24,643 nt of DNA. It comes from a virus. Taxonomy: Duplodnaviria; Caudoviricetes. The position numbers were made by a program, and so were the translations under genes. Shown piece after piece: positions 17,548 through 24,643 of this stretch; positions within the stretch are counted from its first letter, which is position 1, and the number at the start of each line of letters is the position of its first letter. The notes beneath the pieces are model-generated. The model had not been told where the DNA came from. It saw only the letters and a program-made list of their open reading frames with translations, and made no database searches. The stretch is from IMG/VR virus record IMGVR_UViG_3300027790_000073, one strand, 5' to 3'.

Positions 17548-17798
17548 CGCTGCGAGAGCTGGTCGCGATGGCCGAGGCCCGCCAGCGCGACGAGTGGAGC
17601 CGGACGAGTTCGGTCATGGCGCTGGTGGCCAACACCCAGCGCAACCCCAAGAAGACCCGCCCGTTCCGGCCCGGCGACTTCGACCCGTTCGCCCGGGCCG
17701 CTGACAAGCGAGCCCAAGTCATCCCGGCCCCCGTGTCGGTGCTCAAGGACGTGTTCATCAGGAACCAGAAGCAGCAAGGAGGCACGCGTGAAGATTGA
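17493..17798 (+). CDS. Second tail-assembly-chaperone segment (gpT-like), probably reached by -1 frameshift; first ATG at 17568
   Basis: The -1 frame reads WRLVWQCAGVLGIDPAPLTLRELVAMAEARQRDEW..., protein-like upstream of the first ATG. Confidence 0.65.
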   Translation, partial: WRLVWQCAGVLGIDPAPLTLRELVAMAEARQRDEWSRTSSVMALVANTQRNPKKTRPFRPGDFDPFARAADKRAQVIPAPVSVLKDVFIRNQKQQGGTRED

Positions 17799-18252
17799 TC
17801 CCAAGCATCTGGCCTTCGGCTTCGGCGTGGTGATGCTTTCGCTCGGGCTCGGCGCGTGCGCCGGCTTTGACCTGGGCGACGTCGTCAAGGTCAAGACGCC
17901 GAGCGGCATCCAGCAGACCCGCGGCCTGCCGCGCACCACCACGCTCAACGAGGCCGAGGCCGAGTACCGGGCCTGGTTCGAGGACACCCAGCGGGTCGGG
18001 GCCCAGTGGAAGGCGTCGATCGAACGCGGCGGCGAGATCCGCGGTCTCCTGGGGCAGATCACCCTCTCGGCCCTCGACGACTTCGGCCCCACGCTCGCGG
18101 GCGTGCCCATCGCGGGCCCGGCTCTGCCGGCGCTGACTGGTCTGGCGGGACTGTTCATCGGCGCAGGGCGACTCCGCAAGGAGAAGGAGGCGTCGTTCAA
18201 CAAGGGGCTGAAGGAAGGCCGCGTGGTGCCCAGCGGAGGTACACCCGCGTGA
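17788..18252 (+). CDS. Lipoprotein with C-terminal hydrophobic helix (u-spanin-like topology)
   Basis: AAGGAGG RBS; signal peptide ending in lipobox LGA|C; C-terminal AGPALPALTGLAGLFIGAG followed by basic residues. Confidence 0.7.
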   Translation: MKIDPKHLAFGFGVVMLSLGLGACAGFDLGDVVKVKTPSGIQQTRGLPRTTTLNEAEAEYRAWFEDTQRVGAQWKASIERGGEIRGLLGQITLSALDDFGPTLAGVPIAGPALPALTGLAGLFIGAGRLRKEKEASFNKGLKEGRVVPSGGTPA

Positions 18253-18689
18253 TCACCATGCGGATCAAGGACGTGTTCTTCGACCGGCCCGCGGTGAAGC
18301 GGTCGGTGGACGCCGCCAAGCGCCGCGTGCTGAGCAAAGGTGGGGCGTTCATCCGCACCGCCGCCCGGACCAGCATCCGCAAGCGCAAGGGCACGGCCCC
18401 GCCCGGCAAGCCGCCGCACTCGCACGAGGGCTCGCTGCGGCGGCTGATCCTCTTCGGCTACGACCGCAGGTCCGACAGCGTGGTGGTCGGACCGGTGGGC
18501 TTCAAGAAGAGCGTCGCGCCGCGAGCACTCGAGCACGGCGGCGCGACTGTCGTCGTCTCGCGCCGGCGTGGTCGCCTGCAGAGCCGCAAGGTCAAGATCG
18601 CAGCCCGTCCCTACATGGCCCCGGCGCTCGAACGCGAGCGCCCGAAGCTGCCGGTGCTGTGGCGCAACAGCGTACGGAGGGGGTCGTAG
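18249..18689 (+). CDS. HK97-gp10-like neck/tail-completion protein
   Basis: GGAGGT RBS and GTGA overlap; APPGKPP...GSLRR...LEHGG...IAARPYMAPAL. Confidence 0.75.
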   Translation: MITMRIKDVFFDRPAVKRSVDAAKRRVLSKGGAFIRTAARTSIRKRKGTAPPGKPPHSHEGSLRRLILFGYDRRSDSVVVGPVGFKKSVAPRALEHGGATVVVSRRRGRLQSRKVKIAARPYMAPALERERPKLPVLWRNSVRRGS

Positions 18690-20678
18690 ATGGCCGACAC
18701 CCGAGGCATCCGGGCTGGGCGGGCGTTCGTCGAACTGGGCGTCAGCGACAAGCTGTCGGCCGGGCTGCGGCGCGCCCAGAAGCGGCTCAAGGCCTTCGGG
18801 GACGGGCTCCGCAGCGTCGGCACCAGGCTGACTGCGATCGGGGCCGGCGCGGTCGCCTCGCTGCTGAGCACGGTCAAGGTGTTCACGGCCATGGGCGACA
18901 CGCTGGACAAGATGAGCAAGCGCACCGGCGTGAGCGTCGAATCGCTCAGCGAGCTCGGCTTCGCGGCCGAGCAGTCAGGCGCGGACCTCGCGACCTTCGA
19001 GAAGGGTGTGCGGTCCATGCAGCGGTCGATCAACGACCTCGGACGCGGGCTTTCCACCCAGACGGACGCGTTCGCCACGCTCGGGCTGACGATGGCCGAC
19101 CTCGATGGGCTCTCGCCCGAGGCGCAGTTCAAGCTCATCGCCGAGCGGCTGAGCCAGATCGAAGACCCAAGCCGACGCGCCGCGATCGCGATGCAGATCT
19201 TCGGCCGCGCCGGCTCGCAACTCTTGCCGCTCATGGAGGGCGGGGCCGCGGGTATCGAGGAACTTCAGGAGCAGGCCCGTCGGCTCGGACTGACCGTCTC
19301 AACGCAAACCGCCAAGGACGCCGCGGAGCTCAATGACACGCTCAACATCCTCTGGCGGGTCATCAAGCAGGGCGTGTTCGTGATCGGCTCGGCGCTTGCG
19401 CCGGTGCTCCAGGACCTGGCCGAGCGCATCACCCGGGTCATCGTCGGCGCATCGGACTGGATCCGCCAGAACCGGGCCGTGGTCGTCTCGGCGCTCAAGG
19501 TCGCCGCCGCGGTCGCGCTGGCGGGCGTGGTCCTGATCGGGCTGGGCGTGCTGGTGGCGGGTGTCGCGGCGACCTTCGGCCTGCTGGCGAGCATCATCAC
19601 CGGCGTCGGCACAGCGCTGGGCATCGTCGGAGCGGCCCTGGGCGCGCTGCTCTCGCCCATCGGGCTGGTGGTGGCGGCGGTCGTCGGGCTCGGCGGCACG
19701 CTGCTGGTCACCTCAGGCAAGGGCGGCGAGGCGCTCGCTTGGCTCATGGAGCAGTTCACGCGCTTGCGCGATTGGGTTTCCAAGGTCACCCGCGGCATCT
19801 CCGACGCCCTCGCCGCTGGCGACATCGCGCTGGCGGCCGAGATCCTCTGGCTGTCGCTGAAGGTCATCTGGCAGAAGGGCGTGGCGGCGTTGAACTCGGC
19901 GTGGCTCGAGGCACGGCGGTTCTTCGTCTCGACCGCCCAGTCGATGTGGTACGGCGCGCTGGCGGCCGCCCAGATCGTGCTGCACGCGCTCGAGGTCGGC
20001 TGGATCGAGACGACGGCGTTCCTCTCCAAGACCTGGTCACGCTTCACGGGCGGGTTCCAGAAGGCATGGGAGTCGGCCTCGTCGTTCGTCGCCAAGCGGA
20101 TGCTGGAGATCCAGGGGCTGTTCGACGATGGACTGGATGTCGAAGCGGCCAAGAAGGCCGTGGACGAGCAGCTCGAGCAGCGGCTTGGCGAGATCGACGA
20201 CCGCACCCGCGCGGCCCTGGCCGACCGCGAGGCCCGGCGATCATCCGAGCGCGACCGATCCAGCGATCTCAACGACGCCACGCTGTCGGAGATCGGCAAG
20301 CAGTACGAGGACGCCCAGAAGGCGCTCGATGCCCAGACCGATGAGCGGGTCACCGATGCGCAGCGCGAGCTGGAAGCCGCCCGCAAGCGGCTCGACGATG
20401 CCATCGAAGAGGCCCGCAGGCGTCGCGAAGAAGCCGAGGCCGAACCCGACAGCCGCCCGCGCAACCTGCTGGCCGAGTTCGAGGACCGCCTGCGCGGCAT
20501 CGGCGACCTCGTGGCCGAGGGCATCTCGGTGCGCGGCACCTTCAACGCCAGCGCCGTGCAGGGGCTGGCCTCCGACGACGCCGTCGCCGAGCGGACGGCC
20601 AAGGCCACCGAGCAGACCGCCAAGCACACCCGCCAACTCGCCGACGCCGCCAAGAGTGGCGGCCTGACTTTCGCATGA
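18690..20678 (+). CDS. Tail tape measure protein
   Basis: IRAGRAFVELG N-terminus, LDKMSKRTGVSVESLSEL, AMQIFGRAGSQLLPLM, central hydrophobic helices and C-terminal coiled coil. Confidence 0.9.
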   Translation: MADTRGIRAGRAFVELGVSDKLSAGLRRAQKRLKAFGDGLRSVGTRLTAIGAGAVASLLSTVKVFTAMGDTLDKMSKRTGVSVESLSELGFAAEQSGADLATFEKGVRSMQRSINDLGRGLSTQTDAFATLGLTMADLDGLSPEAQFKLIAERLSQIEDPSRRAAIAMQIFGRAGSQLLPLMEGGAAGIEELQEQARRLGLTVSTQTAKDAAELNDTLNILWRVIKQGVFVIGSALAPVLQDLAERITRVIVGASDWIRQNRAVVVSALKVAAAVALAGVVLIGLGVLVAGVAATFGLLASIITGVGTALGIVGAALGALLSPIGLVVAAVVGLGGTLLVTSGKGGEALAWLMEQFTRLRDWVSKVTRGISDALAAGDIALAAEILWLSLKVIWQKGVAALNSAWLEARRFFVSTAQSMWYGALAAAQIVLHALEVGWIETTAFLSKTWSRFTGGFQKAWESASSFVAKRMLEIQGLFDDGLDVEAAKKAVDEQLEQRLGEIDDRTRAALADREARRSSERDRSSDLNDATLSEIGKQYEDAQKALDAQTDERVTDAQRELEAARKRLDDAIEEARRRREEAEAEPDSRPRNLLAEFEDRLRGIGDLVAEGISVRGTFNASAVQGLASDDAVAERTAKATEQTAKHTRQLADAAKSGGLTFA

Positions 20679-20707
20679 GCAGGACCTTCGCGTAGGAGCA
20701 ACACCCC

Positions 20708-21517
20708 GTGCCGATCACCGTGACGGAGAAGTTCGAGAGCCGCCGGTCCACCAAGGGAGACAACCCTTCGGCGGAGCTCGTCTACACCGTGCGCGGCACC
20801 AACGACGACCTCGCGGCCCGGTCCGCCGCCGAGGCCGAGAGCCCGGGTACCTACGACGGCCTGCCCCGGCAGACGGTGTCGGTCGAGCCGGTGGGATTCG
20901 AGCTGTGGGAAGCGACGGCCCGGTACGCTCAGGCCCAGGGCGGCGGGTTCCCGCAGACCGGCGAGAGCGTCTTCAGCTTCGACACCGGCGGCGGCACCCA
21001 GCACATCACCCAGAGCAAGCAGACGATCTCGAGCCACGCGGCATCGGGGACGACCGCGCCCGACTTCAAGGGCGCGATCGGCGTGACGGGTGACGGCGTC
21101 GAGGGCGTCGACATCACTGTGCCGGTGTACCAGTTCAGCGAGACGCACTACCTGCCGGCCAGCCAGGTCACGCAGGCGTACAAGGCCGCGCTGTTCAACC
21201 TGACCGGCAAGGTCAACAGCGGCTCATGGAAGGGCTTCAGCGCGGGCGAGGTGCTGTTCCTGGGCGCGTCCGGCTCGCGTCGCGGCACGGGCGTGGACTC
21301 CGACTGGGAGATCACCTTCCGCTTTGCGGCGAGTCCCAACGCTTCGGGAATCGCGGTCGGGCCGATCAGCGGGATCAGCAAGAAGGGCTGGGAATACCTG
21401 TGGGTCCGCTACGCCGACGCGGAGGACGCGGGCTCGCAGGCGATCGTCAAGCGCCCGGTCGCGGCGTACGTCGAGCGGGTGTACGACCAGGGCAACTTCT
21501 CGGCGCTGGGGATCTGA
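20708..21517 (+). CDS. Putative distal tail/baseplate protein
   Basis: Directly after the tape measure gene; AGGAG RBS; beta-rich. Function inferred from position. Confidence 0.65.
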   Translation: MPITVTEKFESRRSTKGDNPSAELVYTVRGTNDDLAARSAAEAESPGTYDGLPRQTVSVEPVGFELWEATARYAQAQGGGFPQTGESVFSFDTGGGTQHITQSKQTISSHAASGTTAPDFKGAIGVTGDGVEGVDITVPVYQFSETHYLPASQVTQAYKAALFNLTGKVNSGSWKGFSAGEVLFLGASGSRRGTGVDSDWEITFRFAASPNASGIAVGPISGISKKGWEYLWVRYADAEDAGSQAIVKRPVAAYVERVYDQGNFSALGI

Positions 21518-21520
21518 ACC

Positions 21521-22549
21521 ATGACCGACGCCTTCCGCAAAGTCCGATCCGGCCAGCCGCTGGTGATCCCCGCGCGGGCGTATAACGCATTCGTCGATGC
21601 GGCCGTGGCCGAGCGCCGGCGCGAGCAGACGCGTGGCGGTGGGCCTCTGGCCGACGCCATGCCGCGCGGCCTGGTGCTCGTGCGCAACGACTCCGATCAG
21701 ACGATCGAGCCGTACCACGTACTCGCGATCTCGGGCGTGCTGGTCGAGCCGGGCGAGAACGACCAGGAGCGGACGTTCCACAGCCGCACCCCGCTGACGG
21801 GCGAGATCGAGACCGAGGGCTCAAGCCCGATGGCGTTCGTGCTGGCGACCCAGCCGATCAAGGCGGGCGAACTTGGGCGGTGCGTGCTCACCGGCGTCAC
21901 GCCCGCGCGGGTGTTCGTCAACAACGAGCTCGACACCACGTGCGATCTCGCGCCCGACGAGACGGTGCTCACCAGCACACCCATGGGCGGCGTCCCGATC
22001 CTTTGGAAGGAGGAAGGCGTTGGGGAGAAGTGGGCGGTGATCGAGATGGGCCGGCCTTCGTCGGGCCGCGTCACCGCGATCCTCGGCGCGGCCCAGCCGA
22101 TCCCCAGCGAGCACAACCGCTGGCGCTACCCGTGGCAGGAGGCCCGCCTCGACGGCGATCCTGGCAGCGAGAGCTACCTCCGCTACGTGGCGGTGCCGGA
22201 GGGCCTGTCATCGCAGCTGCCCAGCGGCGGCGAAGACCCCACGCTATTGGCGATCAACCGCTTCGAAGCGCACCACATGAATACGGCCGAACCGGGCTCG
22301 GGCTTCGAGGGCCTGCTGGGCCTCGGCCCGGTGTGCGACCTGCCCGGGGTGTTGCCCAAGTGTCCGCCCGCGCGGTCGCTTCGGCCCACGCTCGTACCCA
22401 TCCCCGAAGGCGTGTGCGTGCAGCTCACCTGCGAGCGCAACAGCAAGGGGCGGCCCGTCTGGGTCTTCGAAGCCATGACGCTGATGGAACTGGCCGACCC
22501 CGCCGACGGCGACCGCAAGTTCAACCTGTTCGTGGAGGGCGGGGCATGA
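21521..22549 (+). CDS. Putative tail/tip structural protein
   Basis: In the tail operon; contains PIKAGELGRCVLTGV resembling a DUF2190 motif. Confidence 0.6.
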   Translation: MTDAFRKVRSGQPLVIPARAYNAFVDAAVAERRREQTRGGGPLADAMPRGLVLVRNDSDQTIEPYHVLAISGVLVEPGENDQERTFHSRTPLTGEIETEGSSPMAFVLATQPIKAGELGRCVLTGVTPARVFVNNELDTTCDLAPDETVLTSTPMGGVPILWKEEGVGEKWAVIEMGRPSSGRVTAILGAAQPIPSEHNRWRYPWQEARLDGDPGSESYLRYVAVPEGLSSQLPSGGEDPTLLAINRFEAHHMNTAEPGSGFEGLLGLGPVCDLPGVLPKCPPARSLRPTLVPIPEGVCVQLTCERNSKGRPVWVFEAMTLMELADPADGDRKFNLFVEGGA

Positions 22550-23106
22550 GCACCACCACGAATGACCTCGACACCCGCCGCGACCACGAGCGGGCCAAGT
22601 ACCTGGAACTGGCCGCGCGGCCGGGCTCGGCGTATGGCTCAACCAATCACGGTCGCCACGCGGTCCCGATCGTGCGGGGCTGGAAGCCGCGCCTCGTCGT
22701 GGACTTCGGCTGCGGACGCAACGACTTCATCCGACACCTGCGCCGGCTGGGCATCGACGGGCTGGGCGTGGACTTCGCGTTCGACGACGCCGATGTCGTC
22801 AAGCCCATGCACGCGACGGGGCTCGTGGAAGGCGTGGCCGACGTGGTCACCTGCTTCGACGCGCTCGAGCATCTGCTGCCCGAGGACGTGAACCCGGTGC
22901 TGGCCGAGATGCGCCGCGTCGCCCGGCCGCGGGGGTGGTTCTGCGTCTCGGTGTGCACACGACCCAGCCGCATCACGGCCCTGGGCGAGAACCTGCACCC
23001 GACCGTGCGGCCCATCAACTGGTGGCTCGACCGCATCGGGCGCGTGGGTGCGGTAACCGATCGCCGGGCGGCCGGCCGCTACATCATCGGGAGGTTCACC
23101 CGCTGA
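22546..23106 (+). CDS. Class I SAM-dependent methyltransferase (small-molecule/glycan type)
   Basis: ATGA overlap; motif I VVDFGCG, GVDF, DVVTCFDALEHL, EMRRVARP. No DPPY or PC motif of DNA methyltransferases. Confidence 0.9.
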   Translation: MSTTTNDLDTRRDHERAKYLELAARPGSAYGSTNHGRHAVPIVRGWKPRLVVDFGCGRNDFIRHLRRLGIDGLGVDFAFDDADVVKPMHATGLVEGVADVVTCFDALEHLLPEDVNPVLAEMRRVARPRGWFCVSVCTRPSRITALGENLHPTVRPINWWLDRIGRVGAVTDRRAAGRYIIGRFTR

Positions 23107-24029
23107 TGCGCGAGAACCAGTCGGACATCGCGGCGCTCCAGCACGGGCTCAAGTCACGCCGGCCCGCCCGGGACGGGCTGCGCCTGTATACCGCCGACTT
23201 TGACTCGGTCTCGCTCGCGCGGTTCTACCGCGGCCGCTCGGCGTTCCTGATCCTCTCCGGTCCGTCACTCAACCAGGTCGATCTCTCGCTGCTCAATCGG
23301 CGGGGCATCGTCACCATGGGCGTGAACAACTCGTGGACGATCCACCGGCCGACGCTATGGACCTGCGTGGACGACCCGGGCCGGTTCATCGACACCGGCT
23401 GGAAGGATCCGGGCATCCTCAAAATCGTCCCGACGTGCATGTGGTCCAAGCGGCTGCGCATCCAGACGATTGATCGTCAGGGGGGCGTCACGATGCGCGA
23501 CAGCGCCTTCAAGGTCCACCAGATGCCGAGCGTGCTGTTCTTCCGCCGGGCCGACCACTTCGACCACGAGCGGTTCCTGACCGGGGACTCGATCCCCTGG
23601 GGCAACGACGGCAAGACCGCGGACTCACTCGGGATCGTCGGCAAGCGGAGCGTGATGCTCGTCGCCCTGCGCCTGCTGCACTATCTGGGCTTCGGAACGG
23701 TGTACCTGCTCGGCTGCGACTTCAAGATGGCCCCGGACCGGCGCTACGCCTTTGACGAGTATCGCTCCAAGGACGCCATTCGCCACAACAACGTGCTCTA
23801 CGATTCGCTGGCCCGGCGTTTCGAAGCCCTGCGGCCGCACTTCGACAAGCACAAGTTCCGCGTGGTCAACTGCTCACCGGGCAGCGAGCTGCGGGCGTTC
23901 GAGACGATGACCTACGAGGACGCGGTGGCGGCGGCGAGCGCCGAGTGCGCCAAGCGCGTCAGTTCGCAGGGCTGGTACGAGCCGAATCCGTCGACCGAGA
24001 AGACGCCCGCAAAGGAGGCCGCCCGATGA
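23106..24029 (+). CDS. Maf/DUF115 (MptE-like)/GT42 sialyltransferase-like fold protein, putative glycosyltransferase
   Basis: TGATG overlap; AFLILSGPSL, TMGVNN, WTCVD, SVMLVALRLLHYLGFGTVYLLGCDF, VVNCS match the GPSL...LG(F/Y)..(I/V)YL.G.DF signature. Confidence 0.8.
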   Translation: MRENQSDIAALQHGLKSRRPARDGLRLYTADFDSVSLARFYRGRSAFLILSGPSLNQVDLSLLNRRGIVTMGVNNSWTIHRPTLWTCVDDPGRFIDTGWKDPGILKIVPTCMWSKRLRIQTIDRQGGVTMRDSAFKVHQMPSVLFFRRADHFDHERFLTGDSIPWGNDGKTADSLGIVGKRSVMLVALRLLHYLGFGTVYLLGCDFKMAPDRRYAFDEYRSKDAIRHNNVLYDSLARRFEALRPHFDKHKFRVVNCSPGSELRAFETMTYEDAVAAASAECAKRVSSQGWYEPNPSTEKTPAKEAAR

Positions 24030-24643
24030 GCGACGGCCCGACGCGCTACTACCTCTACATCCCCGTCTGGGCGACAGGTACGCCGCCGCAGGGCGGAGGG
24101 TCGAGCCAGTACTCGTCGGGCTCGGGGTCCGCGCCCAGCGAGACGCCCTCGTCGTCGCCGTCGATGCCGTCGAGCGAGCCGTCGAGTTATTCGACCACCG
24201 GCGACGTGATCTACACCACCGGGCCCGGTGGCACGCCCACGCTAACGACCTACACGACCGACGCGTTCACCACCGATAGCGGCACCACGCAGTCAGGCAG
24301 CGGCACCCCGACCGAGACCGCCTCCAGCCAACCCACCGAGTCGAGCGGAAGCGGATCCGGCGGCTCATCGAGCGGCGGCGCGAGTTCGTCGGCCGGCAGC
24401 TCGGGCTTCAGCAGCGGGCAGTCGTCGGGCGGTTCGTCCGGCGGCTCCTCGGGTGGCTCATCCGGCGGCGGCTCCAGCGGGGGCGGATCTTCGGGCGGCG
24501 GGGGTTCCTCCGGCGGTGGCGGTTCGTCCGGGGGCGGTGGGTCGTCGGGTGGTGGCGGCTCCTCCGGGGGAGGGTCGAGCGGCAACTGCCTCCTCTTCGG
24601 CACCCTCGTCCGCCTGGCCGACGGCCGCATGACGCCCATCGAG
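24026..24643 (+). CDS. Ser/Thr/Gly-rich protein with a Hint (intein/Hedgehog-like) domain; partial, runs off the window
   Basis: AAGGAGG RBS and ATGA overlap; 206 open codons: MSDGPTRYYLYIPVWATG...(SSGGGG)n...SSGN|CLLFGTLVRLADGRMTPIE. Cys188 (24587) begins a Hint block-A motif. Confidence 0.85.
   Translation, partial: MSDGPTRYYLYIPVWATGTPPQGGGSSQYSSGSGSAPSETPSSSPSMPSSEPSSYSTTGDVIYTTGPGGTPTLTTYTTDAFTTDSGTTQSGSGTPTETASSQPTESSGSGSGGSSSGGASSSAGSSGFSSGQSSGGSSGGSSGGSSGGGSSGGGSSGGGGSSGGGGSSGGGGSSGGGGSSGGGSSGNCLLFGTLVRLADGRMTPIE
24422..24583 (+). repeat. Coding repeat of 11 SS(G)1-4 units
   Basis: SSGG x3, SSGGG x2, SSGGGG x4, SSGGG, SSG, with heterogeneous codons. Confidence 0.9.

Larger units (their letters stand above)
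1..24643 (+). mobile_element. Tailed phage/prophage (siphovirus-like) replication-packaging-head-tail region, extending beyond both window edges
   Basis: Colinear primase-helicase, terminase, portal, protease-capsid, tail tube and tape measure genes with many overlapping stop/start junctions. No att site or integrase in the window. Confidence 0.95.

Noticed and set aside
19265-21148. 627-aa minus-strand ORF (also 17232-18536 and 11404-12471)
   Set aside because: Antisense to the tape measure, tail or portal genes, with mirror-codon composition.
24250-24639. Pro-rich minus-strand ORF
   Set aside because: Reverse complement of the Gly/Ser repeat. The + strand frame has the RBS, coupling and Hint motif.

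Overview
This GC-rich window covers the replication, packaging, head and tail region of a lambda/Mu-like siphovirus, probably a prophage. A Planctomycetota-type host is my impression only and cannot be shown from the sequence. Main + strand order: 3' end of an upstream gene ending in DDEVPF; Prim-Pol/AAA_25 primase-helicase; palindromic non-coding region (candidate origin, then a candidate cos region); ParB-fused DNA methyltransferase; TerS-like wHTH; GpA-type large terminase; gpW-like protein; lambda-type portal; protease-major capsid fusion; DUF2190; head-tail proteins; tail tube; tail chaperone pair; lipoprotein; HK97-gp10-like protein; tape measure; two tail proteins. Two antisense cassettes interrupt this: four small genes including DUF6900 and a HARE-HTH protein (4160-5602), and a lower-GC XRE-HipA-putative ADP-ribosyltransferase operon (8309-11044) between terminase and portal. 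The tail operon ends in a translationally coupled trio: a SAM methyltransferase, a Maf/GT42-like glycosyltransferase-fold protein, and a Ser/Thr/Gly-rich protein running into a Hint domain. The last ORF is missing from the ORF track because it runs off the window. This trio (candidate virion glycosylation/autoprocessing system) and the HipBA+ART moron (candidate defence system) are the most interesting. No integrase, endolysin, tRNA, rRNA or CRISPR array was seen.
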